64,000 nt of DNA from Acutalibacteraceae bacterium (lineage in GTDB: Bacteria > Bacillota > Clostridia > Oscillospirales > Acutalibacteraceae), in assembly GCA_045535305.1 (NCBI GenBank), contig JAZSLJ010000007.1, positions 5,440-69,439 of the forward strand. The letters are read 5' to 3'. A program made the position numbers and the translations under genes. Shown one piece after another: positions 28,503 through 39,000 of this stretch. Positions within the stretch are counted from its first letter, which is position 1. Every line of letters begins with the position of its first letter. The notes beneath the pieces are model-generated. The model saw only the letters and a list, made by a program, of their open reading frames with translations, did no database searches and was not told the DNA's origin.

Positions 28503-30326
28503 TTGAATACTGCGCAGAATGTCAGAAATATTGCAATTATCGCTCACGTTGACCACGGTAAAACAACTCTTGTTGACCAGATGCTTCATCAGAGCGGCAC
28601 ATTCAGAGCAAACGAACAGGTTGCTGAAAGAGTTATGGACTCCAACGACCTTGAAAAAGAAAGAGGAATCACAATCCTTTCAAAGAACACATCAGTTCAC
28701 TACAACGGTGTTAAAATAAACATTATAGACACTCCCGGCCACGCTGATTTCGGCGGCGAGGTTGAGCGTATTATGACAATGGTTGACGGCGTTCTTCTGC
28801 TTGTTGACGCTTTTGAGGGCTGTATGCCCCAGACACGCTTCGTGCTTTCAAAGGCTCTTGCACTCAAGAAAAAGCCTCTTGTTGTTATCAATAAGATTGA
28901 CCGTCCCGGTGCAAGACCTGCCGAGGTTGTTGACGAAGTGCTTGACCTCTTTATTGAGCTTGGCGCAGACGAGGACCAGATTGAATTTCCCGTAGTTTAC
29001 GCATCTGCAAGAGAGGGCTATTCTTCACTCAACGCTGATGACAGACAGGGTGATATGCAGCCGCTTCTTCAGGCTATTATTGACAATATCGACTCCCCCG
29101 AGGGCGACGAAGAACAACCTTTACAGCTTCTTTTCTCCAGCCTTGATTACGACGACTATGTAGGCAGAATCGGTGTGGGCAAAGTTGAACGCGGCAGAGT
29201 CAAAATGGGTCAGAACGTTGTTATCTGCAAGCAGGACGGCACTACACAGAATGTTAAGGTTTCAAGACTTTATCAGTTTGAAGGCTTAAGACGTGTTGAG
29301 GTTGCCGACGCAAAAGCAGGCGATATCGTTGCTGTTTCGGGCATTGAAGGTCTTAACATCGGTGAAACAATCTGCGATATAAACTGTGTTGAGCCTCTCC
29401 CCTTCGTTAAAATTGATGAACCCACCATCTCCATGAACTTTATGGTTAACGACAGTCCCTTTGCAGGTCAGGAAGGTAAATTTGTTACATCAAGAAACAT
29501 CCGTGCAAGACTTTTTAAAGAGGTTGAAACAAACGTAAGTATGAGAGTTGAAGAAACCGAAAATACCGACACGTTCAAGGTTTCGGGCAGAGGCGAGCTT
29601 CATCTTTCAATCCTTATTGAAACAATGAGAAGACAGGGCTATGAATTTGCAGTTTCAAGACCCAAGGTTATTCTCAAAAAAGGCGAAAACGGCGAAACTC
29701 TTGAGCCTATGGAACTGCTTATTGTTGAAGTTCCCGAAGCTTACGTGGGCGCTGTTATGGAAAAAATCGGTTCACGTAAAGGCGAGCTTGAAGATATGAG
29801 CATCCGCGACGGCGGCACAACACATCTTGAATTCAAAATCCCCGCAAGAGGACTTATCGGCTACAGAAGCGAATTCCTTACAGACACAAACGGCTACGGC
29901 GTTATGAACAACCTGTTTGCAGGCTATGAGCCTTTCAAGGGCGACATTCAGACCCGCGACAGAGGTTCAATCGTTGTTCACGAAACAGGTGAAAGCACCG
30001 CATACGGTCTTTTCAATACTCAGGACAGAGGCAGACTTTTCATCGGCCCCGGTGTACCTGTTTACGAGGGTATGATCTGCGGCGAATGTGCAAAAAATGA
30101 GGATATCGTATGCAACGTCTGCAAGAAAAAGCAGATGACAAACACACGTGCTGCAGGCTCGGACGATGCACTCCGTCTTGTTCCCCATTCCACATTAAGC
30201 CTTGAACAGAGTATGGAATTTTTGAGTGAAGACGAGCTTCTTGAAGTAACTCCCAAGAGTCTTAGACTTCGCAAAATGATTCTTTCCAAGGAATTAAGAC
30301 TTAAACAGCAGTACAGAAGAAAGTAA
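28503..30326 (+). CDS. typA: translational GTPase TypA/BipA
   Basis: [30 protein letters not shown] and NKID motifs; 607 aa. The TTG start has a GAAGGTG SD. Confidence 0.95.
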   Translation: MNTAQNVRNIAIIAHVDHGKTTLVDQMLHQSGTFRANEQVAERVMDSNDLEKERGITILSKNTSVHYNGVKINIIDTPGHADFGGEVERIMTMVDGVLLLVDAFEGCMPQTRFVLSKALALKKKPLVVINKIDRPGARPAEVVDEVLDLFIELGADEDQIEFPVVYASAREGYSSLNADDRQGDMQPLLQAIIDNIDSPEGDEEQPLQLLFSSLDYDDYVGRIGVGKVERGRVKMGQNVVICKQDGTTQNVKVSRLYQFEGLRRVEVADAKAGDIVAVSGIEGLNIGETICDINCVEPLPFVKIDEPTISMNFMVNDSPFAGQEGKFVTSRNIRARLFKEVETNVSMRVEETENTDTFKVSGRGELHLSILIETMRRQGYEFAVSRPKVILKKGENGETLEPMELLIVEVPEAYVGAVMEKIGSRKGELEDMSIRDGGTTHLEFKIPARGLIGYRSEFLTDTNGYGVMNNLFAGYEPFKGDIQTRDRGSIVVHETGESTAYGLFNTQDRGRLFIGPGVPVYEGMICGECAKNEDIVCNVCKKKQMTNTRAAGSDDALRLVPHSTLSLEQSMEFLSEDELLEVTPKSLRLRKMILSKELRLKQQYRRK

Positions 30327-30460
30327 ACAATAATTTAATGTACAATGTACAATTTACAATGTACATTATTAATAATATATAAATCGGGTTAAAGGGCGAA
30401 GCCCTTTCCTCAATTGTACATTATACATTGTACATTGTTAATTAGCTAAATTATTGTTTA
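30324..30460 (+). mobile_element. heptamer-arm TIR element, copy A (MITE/REP-like)
   Basis: 13-bp TIRs TAAACAATAATTT/AAATTATTGTTTA. AATGTAC x4 (30337-30364) faces ATTGTAC x4 (30413-30440). The core hairpin is AAAGGGC-GAA-GCCCTTT (30391-30407). Confidence 0.7.
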
Positions 30461-30486
30461 TCATAAAAATTTCAAAAATTTCATTT

Positions 30487-30518
30487 GAGCATCACAGAAA
30501 AAGTGATGCTCTTTTTTT
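30487..30518 (+). terminator. typA rho-independent terminator (downstream of element A)
   Basis: GAGCATCAC-AGAAAAA-GTGATGCTC followed by T7. Confidence 0.85.
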
Positions 30519-30600
30519 CAAAAAATACAACAAAAACTATTGCATTTTTATTACAAAAAGTGGTATGATTATATAAATAAATAAATAAGGAGGAAAACTT

Positions 30601-31932
30601 ATGAAATCCTTTTTCAAAAAAGCTCTGGCAGGCGCATTATCTGCATTAATGCTTGCATCTTGTGCCGCACCTGCTATGGCAGCAAACACAGAAGATGTTG
30701 ATTACATCATCACAAACCCCTATGAAACAGTTGATTGGGACAGCTGGAATCACTACAAAGCAATGCTTCACGCTCACACTCTTTACAGCGACGGCGAAAT
30801 GGCAATTACAGATGTTGTTGAAGAATATTACGCACAGGATTACGATATTCTTGCAATCACAGACCACGGCGTTGTTAATCAGGGCTGGGATAAAATTCCC
30901 GAAATGCTCCCTCTTATCGGTTACAACAAGTACATCAAAAGACTTGAACCTTTAAGTGCTAAAAGATATCAGGAAATCACAAACGGTACAGACCGCGACG
31001 GCAGAGGTATGCTTGACGTTGAAAAGGGCATAGAAATGAACGGCGTTGTTATGAGAAAGAACCATATCAACGGTTTCTTCTGCGGCTACGGTCAGGGCCT
31101 TTGGGGTATTGAAGAAGATTATGAAACTCCCGTTGCAGAAACAGAAAAAGCAGGCGGTATTTCATTCATCGACCATCCCGGCGATTTCTATAACGCAAGC
31201 GGCGACATAAACAGAGCTTACGATTACGCAAACCTTAAAGTATGGTGCGAAATCTTTATGAAATATAAGAGCTGCGTTGGTATTGAGGTTTACAACGAAG
31301 GCGACGGCGTTGCAAGACATGACCGTATTATCTGGGATAACATTCTTAAGTATACAGTACCCAGAGGCAGAGTTGTATGGGGATTCTCAAACGACGATTC
31401 ACATTGGCTTTCAACAATCGGACTTACAGCAGAAATGTTCCTTATGCCTGAAAACACAAACGAGGCTCTCCGCACAGCTATGGAAAACGGCACATTCTTT
31501 GCTTGCTCAACTATTTCAAAGGTTGAAATGGGTGAGGAATTCGAAGGCAACGGCGACTATGCAAAGGTTACAAACATTGTTGTTGACGAAGCTGAAGACA
31601 CAATCACAGCTACAATCGAATCCAATTCCGACTACACAGTAGAATGGATTGCAGACGGTGAGATTATTGCATACGGCGATTCAATCGACCTTGATATGTA
31701 CAGCGATTCAATCAAATCATACGTTCGTTTCCAGATAAAGAACGAAGGCGGTATTGTACTTTCACAGCCCTTCGTTACTGATGACGGCAACTTTGAAGAA
31801 TATCAGTTCGACCTTCCCGCAGACCCCGATTACGGTACCATCGGCAATATATTCTACAATATCTATCTCAAGCTCAGAAGAACTCTTATCGGCGAGCTTA
31901 TTTACAGAGCTGCGGTATTGGATAATATGTAA
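30601..31932 (+). CDS. secreted PHP-domain metal-dependent phosphoesterase
   Basis: Signal peptide (ALSALMLASCAAPAMA), then HAHTLYSDGE..ILAITDHG PHP motifs. Confidence 0.7.
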   Translation: MKSFFKKALAGALSALMLASCAAPAMAANTEDVDYIITNPYETVDWDSWNHYKAMLHAHTLYSDGEMAITDVVEEYYAQDYDILAITDHGVVNQGWDKIPEMLPLIGYNKYIKRLEPLSAKRYQEITNGTDRDGRGMLDVEKGIEMNGVVMRKNHINGFFCGYGQGLWGIEEDYETPVAETEKAGGISFIDHPGDFYNASGDINRAYDYANLKVWCEIFMKYKSCVGIEVYNEGDGVARHDRIIWDNILKYTVPRGRVVWGFSNDDSHWLSTIGLTAEMFLMPENTNEALRTAMENGTFFACSTISKVEMGEEFEGNGDYAKVTNIVVDEAEDTITATIESNSDYTVEWIADGEIIAYGDSIDLDMYSDSIKSYVRFQIKNEGGIVLSQPFVTDDGNFEEYQFDLPADPDYGTIGNIFYNIYLKLRRTLIGELIYRAAVLDNM

Positions 31933-32042
31933 TAAACAAAAAATTTCTGCTCCGGATTCGGAGCAGTTTTTTTATATATAAATTGCATTTTTATAACTCG
32001 TATGCTACAATTATATTACTTTATAAAAAGGAGCGCAGAATA

Positions 32043-34220
32043 ATGAAAAATATACTTAATGCTCAATGGATAAAAAGTGCAAAAATCGTGGAAAGCGGTT
32101 CTGTTGAATTCATAAAAGAATTATGTATTTCAAAGCAAGTTAAATCCGCAACAATTGAAGCTACTGCTTACGGCGTTTACGAAATTGAAATCAACGGCAA
32201 AAAGGTGGGCGATTATATCTTTGCCCCCGGTTGGACATCATACAGACACCGTTTACAGGTGGAAACTTATGACGTTACATCAATGCTTGCAGAGAATAAC
32301 ACCATCGTTATAGGTGTTGCAGGCGGATGGAAAACTCCTAACTTTTTCAACAGCGAAAAAGGTGAAATGTATTTAGGTGTGGGCGAAACCGCTGTTATTG
32401 CCGCTATTGAAATTGAATACACAGACGGCACAAACGAAATTATCTATACCGATGAAAATTGGCTCTGCCGCAAAGGCAAAACTCTTTATTCCCACATCTA
32501 TAACGGCTACACATACGACCCCTCATTCACAGACGACAAGACTGTGTACGCGCTCCCCTTCCCCTGCAAAAAAGATAATCTTATGGACCGTGTGGGCGAA
32601 AAAGTTACCGAGCACGAATACATCACCGCAAAGGAAATTATTATCACTCCCAAGGGTGAAACAGTGCTTGATTTCGGTCAGAATGTTACAGGCTATGTTC
32701 AGTTTAAAATCAAAGGCAACAAAGGCGAAAAAGCCGTTATTCACCACGCGGAAGTGCTTGATGCCGAGGGCAATTTCTACACCGACAACTACCGTAGTGC
32801 AAAGGCAGAAGCCGCATTTATCTGCGACGGCGAGGAGCATATTTACAAGCCCCGTTACAATTTCTTCGGTTTCCGTTACATCAGACTCGAAAATTGGAGC
32901 GACGAGGTAAAAACAGAGAACTTTACCGCTATCGTTGTTCATTCAGATATGAAGCGAACAGGTTATTTTGAATGTTCCGATGCTCGTATCAACAAGCTTT
33001 TCAGTAACGTCATATGGGGTCAGAAAGGCAATTTCCTTGATGTTCCCACAGACTGCCCGCAGCGTGATGAAAGACTCGGCTGGACAGGTGATGCTCAGGT
33101 ATTCGTTAAAACAGCATCATACAACTATGACGTTGAAAAATTCTTTATAAAGTGGCTCGGCGACCTCAGAGCTGACCAGACAAACTGGGGTGCGGTGCCT
33201 CATGTTATTCCCAACACATTCCAGCCCGACGATGAATGCTCCGCCGCCTGGGCAGATGCGGCAACAATATGCCCCTGGCAGATTTATCAGACCTATGGCA
33301 ACAAGCAGATTCTCGAAGATTCTCTCAAATCAATGCGTGATTATCTTGAATATATTGAATATCACACCTGGGACGGTATCTGGGCAAAGGGACACCATTT
33401 CGGCGACTGGCTCAATCTTGACGGCAGTTCACCTGAAGATTGCAGTCATGGTACAGATAAAGACCTTATTGCGGCAGCATTTTTCATCTATTCAAGTGAG
33501 CTTTACATAAAATCCTGTGCCGTTTGCGGCAAGGATGCGGACACAATTCCCGAACTGCGTGAAAAATCAATAATCGCATTCAGAAACAAGTATATGAAAG
33601 ACGGCAAAATCCTGCCCGAATATGCAACTCAGACTGCTTGTGTACTTGCCTGTCATTTCGGCATCAGCGATAACATCCCCGAAACTGCAAAACAGCTCAA
33701 CGAGCTTGTAACAGAGTGCGGACACCTTAAAACAGGCTTTGTAGGCACACCATATCTGCTTCACGCTTTAAGCGACAACGGCTACACAAAAACTGCATAC
33801 GATCTGCTTCTTCGTGAAGAATATCCCTCATGGCTGTTCTCTGTTAAAATGGGTGCAACCACAATCTGGGAGCATTGGGACGGTATGCGTGAGGACGGCA
33901 CAATGTGGAGTGATTCAATGAACTCCTTTAACCACTATGCTTATGGCTCTGTTGCCGACTGGCTTTACGGTGATGCGGCGGGTATAAAGATTGACGAAAG
34001 CAAGCCTGCATTTGAGCATATCATTTTTGCACCCGTTACTGATGAAAGACTCGACTATGTTAAGGCTTCAATCGAATCAAGACACGGCACTGTAAAATCC
34101 GAATGGAAAAGAGAAAACGGCGTTGTTACATATTCCTTCACAGTCCCCGAAGGATGTACGGCAACTGTTATTCTTGACGGAAAAGAAACGGAAATTACAG
34201 AGGGTGAATATACATTTTAA
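32043..34220 (+). CDS. alpha-L-rhamnosidase (GH78)
   Basis: FICDGEEHIYKPR..FGFRY, DCPQRDERLGWTGD and WEHWDG blocks. The start was moved to the ATG at 32043 behind a GGAG SD. Confidence 0.85.
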   Translation: MKNILNAQWIKSAKIVESGSVEFIKELCISKQVKSATIEATAYGVYEIEINGKKVGDYIFAPGWTSYRHRLQVETYDVTSMLAENNTIVIGVAGGWKTPNFFNSEKGEMYLGVGETAVIAAIEIEYTDGTNEIIYTDENWLCRKGKTLYSHIYNGYTYDPSFTDDKTVYALPFPCKKDNLMDRVGEKVTEHEYITAKEIIITPKGETVLDFGQNVTGYVQFKIKGNKGEKAVIHHAEVLDAEGNFYTDNYRSAKAEAAFICDGEEHIYKPRYNFFGFRYIRLENWSDEVKTENFTAIVVHSDMKRTGYFECSDARINKLFSNVIWGQKGNFLDVPTDCPQRDERLGWTGDAQVFVKTASYNYDVEKFFIKWLGDLRADQTNWGAVPHVIPNTFQPDDECSAAWADAATICPWQIYQTYGNKQILEDSLKSMRDYLEYIEYHTWDGIWAKGHHFGDWLNLDGSSPEDCSHGTDKDLIAAAFFIYSSELYIKSCAVCGKDADTIPELREKSIIAFRNKYMKDGKILPEYATQTACVLACHFGISDNIPETAKQLNELVTECGHLKTGFVGTPYLLHALSDNGYTKTAYDLLLREEYPSWLFSVKMGATTIWEHWDGMREDGTMWSDSMNSFNHYAYGSVADWLYGDAAGIKIDESKPAFEHIIFAPVTDERLDYVKASIESRHGTVKSEWKRENGVVTYSFTVPEGCTATVILDGKETEITEGEYTF

Positions 34221-34251
34221 ATACTTTATATAAATAAAAAAACTCCGAAGT

Positions 34252-34283
34252 TTCAATGCTTCGGAGCTTTTTTTGGTCAATTC
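34252..34283. terminator. bidirectional terminator between GH78 and the metallophosphoesterase gene
   Basis: CTCCGAAG-TTTCAATG-CTTCGGAG, flanked by an A-run and a T-run. Confidence 0.8.
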
Positions 34284-35293
34284 ACTTGTTCAAAATCATA
34301 CATATCTCTTATATTTTCTGCATTGGTATGAATTGTGATTAAGGTACTTGATACTTTTGTCTGCGGTGTAATGTGATAATATGTACCGTTATAAAAACTG
34401 CATTTACCCTCTTTCGGGTGAACGTGTCCCATCGAAACAAGTCCCACACATCCCGACTTTTCAAAAACCTCGTCAAGCGGTGCATTTTTTGGAATATTGT
34501 ACTCTTCCTTTACCTCATCAAGCGTTGAGTAATTATCTGCATATGCTTCTCCGTTAATTGCGGCTTTTGCAAAGTTGGGAGTGTTTTCGTGTAAAAACAC
34601 GCTTATCATAATATCAGGATTTGTTTTGAGCTTTTCATCAATTGCGTTTTTACACCACTGAACCTGATCTTCGTGTACATATCCGTAAATATGCTCTTCA
34701 TCCTCATTATCATAATCCATTGTATCAAGAAATACAAAAGAATGAACTGTTTTTTCACCGTCTGAAATGTCAATCGTATACTGTGCACCACCGGAAATAT
34801 CCTTTTCATCTGCACAAAGACAATATTCTGACTGTGAAAGATATGCAACCACATCTGCACTTGTTCCGTATTTTATACCGTCATTATTGCCGGGGATATA
34901 TGCCCAATACTGCTCAAGTGAATCAAAAAGTCCACCTATTTTATCAAGAACATACTGTTTATTAAAAGCTCCCGATTCACCGTCATCTATCATATCACCC
35001 GAAACAACAACAAGGTCAGGATTATATTTTACCGTCAACTCCTCCATCTTTTTTAACAATTTTACATCATTCCATGAAAGTCCTGTAGTGAAATGCGTAT
35101 CTGAAAATTGCAAAACTGTGAAATCTCCGTTTTTATCCGCATACAGTATTGGAAATTCCTTGTTTACCGTTATCGTTTCGGCATAACCGGTTATATCACC
35201 TTTTGATGTAAGCTGTGTAAATGAGCCGTCCGTTGTGAAAAAATTAAATATTCCGCTGAGAACTGCCAACAAAATTGCAAAAAATGCTTTCAT
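34277..35293 (-). CDS. secreted calcineurin-like metallophosphoesterase
   Basis: Signal/TM N-terminus, then SDTH, GDMIDDG, GNND, HEN and GHVH motifs. Confidence 0.8.
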   Translation of the reverse strand: MKAFFAILLAVLSGIFNFFTTDGSFTQLTSKGDITGYAETITVNKEFPILYADKNGDFTVLQFSDTHFTTGLSWNDVKLLKKMEELTVKYNPDLVVVSGDMIDDGESGAFNKQYVLDKIGGLFDSLEQYWAYIPGNNDGIKYGTSADVVAYLSQSEYCLCADEKDISGGAQYTIDISDGEKTVHSFVFLDTMDYDNEDEEHIYGYVHEDQVQWCKNAIDEKLKTNPDIMISVFLHENTPNFAKAAINGEAYADNYSTLDEVKEEYNIPKNAPLDEVFEKSGCVGLVSMGHVHPKEGKCSFYNGTYYHITPQTKVSSTLITIHTNAENIRDMYDFEQVN

Positions 35294-35396
35294 TATAGTT
35301 CCTCCTTATTTTTTTCTTTATATTATCACAAAATGAGATATATGTCAATACTTAATACTTTTTTAGTATAAAATATATTTGATTGGAGTGGACTAT

Positions 35397-35609
35397 GTGC
35401 GACTTAAAGATTTGCGTGAAGATAATGATTATTCACAAACTTTTATTGCTGAATATTTAGGAGTAAAACAAAATACTTACTCTCAATATGAATGTGAAAA
35501 AAGAGAAATACCTATTTCAATGCTTGTAAAACTTGCAAAACTTTATAACACATCCGTTGACTATATACTTTGCATTACAAATAACCCTGACAGATACGAA
35601 GATGTGTAA
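35397..35609 (+). CDS. XRE-family HTH regulator (small)
   Basis: LKDLREDNDYSQ..IAEYLGVKQNTYSQYE.. is a Cro/C1-type HTH. The GTG start is 5 nt after a GGAGTGG SD. It is a paralog of 50793..50999. Confidence 0.75.
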   Translation: MRLKDLREDNDYSQTFIAEYLGVKQNTYSQYECEKREIPISMLVKLAKLYNTSVDYILCITNNPDRYEDV

Positions 35610-35645
35610 ATCTCCGAAGATTATACATTAGAGATTAAGTTTCAC

Positions 35646-35674
35646 TTGACAAAAACTGATATATTGAGTATAAT
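35646..35674 (+). promoter_or_regulatory. promoter of putative antitoxin sRNA 2
   Basis: Consensus TTGACA-17 nt-TATAAT. Confidence 0.65.
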
Positions 35675-35680
35675 AAAAAT

Positions 35681-35775
35681 GCAAGGTGTTACCGACAGAC
35701 GGATGCACCCTCGCAAGATACTGTTTATGAAATAAACCGTCCTACGATTCGAAGCAAAGGGCGGTTATTTCTTTT
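35681..35775 (+). ncRNA. putative type I antitoxin sRNA 2
   Basis: Its 5' 32 nt match sRNA 1 at 30 positions (GCAAGGTGTTACCGACAGACGGATGCACCCTC). The terminator AACCGTCC..GGGCGGTT (35735-35766) plus a T-run overlaps the toxin 2 stop. The ends are estimates. Confidence 0.5.
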
Positions 35776-35845
35776 TGCTGTTTATAGCAAGTATGTAGCC
35801 TGTTGCAAAGACAAATACAAGAATAATTGCCGCAAAATACTCCAT
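35765..35845 (-). CDS. type I toxin, small hydrophobic KKK-tailed peptide (26 aa)
   Basis: MEYFAAIILVFVFATGYILAINSKKK. The AAGGGGGTG SD is buried in a CACCCTC-AAAA-GGGGGTG hairpin. The track's 63-aa version starts upstream of the mapped promoter. Confidence 0.6.
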   Translation of the reverse strand: MEYFAAIILVFVFATGYILAINSKKK

Positions 35846-35911
35846 AGCATACACCCCCTTTTGAGGGTGTGGATTCAACCGCCTACCGTAAAGATAACAC
35901 CTTACGCTGAC

Positions 35912-35940
35912 ATTATAAGCCGTATTTTGACATTTGTCAA
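35912..35940 (-). promoter_or_regulatory. promoter of toxin 2 mRNA
   Basis: TTGACA-17 nt-TATAAT on the minus strand. Confidence 0.65.
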
Positions 35941-35961
35941 TTGCAATAATATACAAAGACT

Positions 35962-36001
35962 CAAAAATAACGCAGTTACCGCTGAAAGGCAGTAACTGCG
36001 T
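35962..36001 (-). terminator. pur operon terminator
   Basis: ACGCAGTTAC..GTAACTGCGT 10-bp stem, followed by a T-run on the minus strand. Confidence 0.8.
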
Positions 36002-36016
36002 TTTGCTGTATTTTAC

Positions 36017-39000
36017 TTACTTAAAGTATTTAACTGCTGATGTGAACATACCGATATTGAAATCGCCGTCAACGTTCTTATAAAGTCCGTTGCCGATACG
36101 CTCGGAGTGTCCCATTTTACCGAGAACTCTGCCGTCGGGTGAAGTGATACCTTCAATAGCACATACAGAGTTGTTGGGATTGAAATGAATATCCGTTGTG
36201 GGGTTGCCGTTAAGGTCAACATACTGTGTAGCAATCTGACCGTTAGCCGCAAGCTCCTTAACAAGATCGTCGGAGCAGAGGAATCTGCCTTCGCCGTGAG
36301 AAATAGGCACTGTGTAAACATCACCCACATTTGTTTCCATAAGCCAGGGGGACTTATTGGATGCAATTCTTGTGCGTACAAGTCTGGACTGATGTCTGCC
36401 GATTGTGTTGTAAGTAAGAGTGGGACAGGATGCATCAGTATCAATTATCTCACCGTAAGGAACAAGACCTAACTTGATAAGAGCCTGGAAGCCGTTACAG
36501 ATACCTGCCATAAGGCCGTCGCGGTTTTTAAGAAGCTCATGTACCTGCTCTTTGATTGCCGCATTACGGAAGAATGCTGTAATGAATTTACCTGCACCGT
36601 CGGGCTCATCCCCGCCGGAGAAACCGCCGGGGATAAAGATAATCTGAGAATCCTTAACCTTGCTTGCAAACGCATCAACAGATTCTGCAATAGCCTGTGC
36701 TGAAAGGTTCTTTATAACAAAGATTTCGGGGTCTGCACCTGCTGTCATAAGTGCCTTTGCTGTGTCAAACTCACAGTTTGTGCCGGGGAATACGGGAATA
36801 AGCACCTTGGGCTTTGCTGTTTTGATAGCGGGAGCAACTCTTGTTTCTGCATTATATGAAAATGCGGGAATTTCCTTGTTATCCTGTTTGATATTGCAGG
36901 AATAGATAGGTTCAAGCTTGTTTTCGTAAATTTCAAGGAGAGAAGCAAGCTCAATTTCGGTATTTGCATACTTGATTGTCTCTTCAAGAGTTGTGTAACC
37001 GAGAAGAGTGCCGATTTCATCCTCTGTATTGAGTTCAAGAATGAATGCACCGTAGTTATATCCGAAAATATCATCAAGTTCAACAGCATCGTTATACTCA
37101 AAGCCGATACCGTTACCGAAGCACATCTTCATAACAGCTTCTGCAACACCGCCGTAAGTGGGAGTGTAACAAGCTTCAACAATACCCTTGCTCATATAGC
37201 CGTAAACTTCGTCAAAGAGTGCTTTTTCGGATGCTGCAACGGGAAGACCGTTTTCATCACATTCGGGTTTAAGGATAACAACCTTATGACCCGCACCCTT
37301 GAATTCGGGAGAAACAACCTCATTTACATTACCTGTTGTAACAGCAAATGAAACGAGTGTGGGAGGTACGTCGATATCCTCAAAAGTACCGCTCATTGAG
37401 TCTTTACCGCCGATAGATGCGATTTCGTAATCCATCTGAGCCTTGAATGCACCGAGAAGTGCTGAAAGAGGCTGTCCCCAACGAGCAGGGCTCTTTTCGG
37501 GTTTTTCAAAATATTCCTGGAATGTAAGGTACACGTCCTCAAACTTTGCGCCTGTTGCAACAAGCTTTGCAACAGACTCAACAACAGCAAGATATGCGCC
37601 GTGATAAGGACTCTTTTCCATAATAAAGGGATTGTAACCCCATGACATATATGAACAGGTGTCTGTGTGCTGTTTTTCAACGGAAACCTTATTTACCATA
37701 GCCTGAATGGGAGTAAGCTGATTCTTACCGCCGAAAGGCATAAGAACTGTGCCTGCACCGATTGTGGAGTCAAAACGCTCGGAAAGTCCTCTCTTTGAGC
37801 AGACGTTAAGGTCGCCTGCGAGAGCTTTGTATGCACTGTCAAAATCGGTAACTGCACCTTTATCATATGACTTGAACTTTTCAGGTCTAATGTCGATATG
37901 CTTCTGTGCGCCGTTTGAGTTAAGGAACTCTCTTGAAAGGTCAACAATAACCTTTCCGTTCCATGTCATTGTAAGTCTGGGCTCTGCTTTTACCTTTGCA
38001 ACAACTGTTGCTTCAAGGTTTTCACTGTTTGCAAGCTCTACGAATCTTGCAACATCCTTTGCTTCAACAACAACAGCCATTCTTTCCTGTGATTCGCTGA
38101 TAGCAAGCTCTGTGCCGTCAAGACCTTCGTACTTTTTGGGTACTGCATTAAGGTCGATTTCAAGACCGTCTGCAAGCTCACCGATGGCAACGGATACACC
38201 GCCTGCACCGAAGTCGTTACAACGCTTGATAAGTCTTGAAGCCTCTGCATTTCTGAAAAGACGCTGAAGCTTTCTTTCCTCGGGAGCATTACCCTTCTGA
38301 ACCTCTGCACCGCAGCTTTCAAGTGATTCAAGAGTGTGTGATTTTGATGAACCTGTTGCACCGCCGCAACCGTCGCGGCCTGTTCTGCCGCCTAAAAGGA
38401 TAACGATATCACCGGGATCGGGACATTCTCTTCTTACGTTTTCAGCGGGAGCAGCAGCAATAACTGCGCCGATTTCCATACGCTTTGCAACATAACCGCT
38501 GTGGTAGATTTCGTCTACCTGACCTGTTGCAAGACCGATCTGGTTGCCGTAGGATGAATAACCTGCAGCAGCAGTAGTAACAATCTTTCTCTGGGGAAGC
38601 TTACCCTTGATTGTATCTTTAACGGGAACAAGAGGATCGCCTGCGCCTGTAACACGCATAGCTGCATATACATAAGAACGGCCTGAAAGGGGGTCGCGGA
38701 TTGCGCCGCCGATACAGGTTGCCGCACCGCCGAAGGGCTCAATTTCTGTGGGGTGGTTGTGAGTTTCGTTTTTGAAAAGAAGAAGCCAATCCTGTTCTTC
38801 ACCCTCAACGTTAACCTTAATTTTAACGGTACAAGCGTTGATTTCTTCTGATTCGTCAATTCTCGGAAGCTTGCCCTTTGCCTTTAAATATCTTGTGCCT
38901 ACTGTGGCAATATCCATAAGGTTGATGGGCTTTGTTCTGCCGATTTCGTGTCTTGCGGCAATGTATTCGTCATAAGCCTTCTGCAAAAGAGGCTCTTCAA

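Noticed and set aside
35765-35956. 63-aa long form of the toxin-2 ORF
   Set aside because: Its start lies upstream of the mapped -35/-10 promoter (35912-35940). The SD and its sequestering hairpin are positioned for the internal ATG at 35845. The paralog at 28192..28290 supports the short form.
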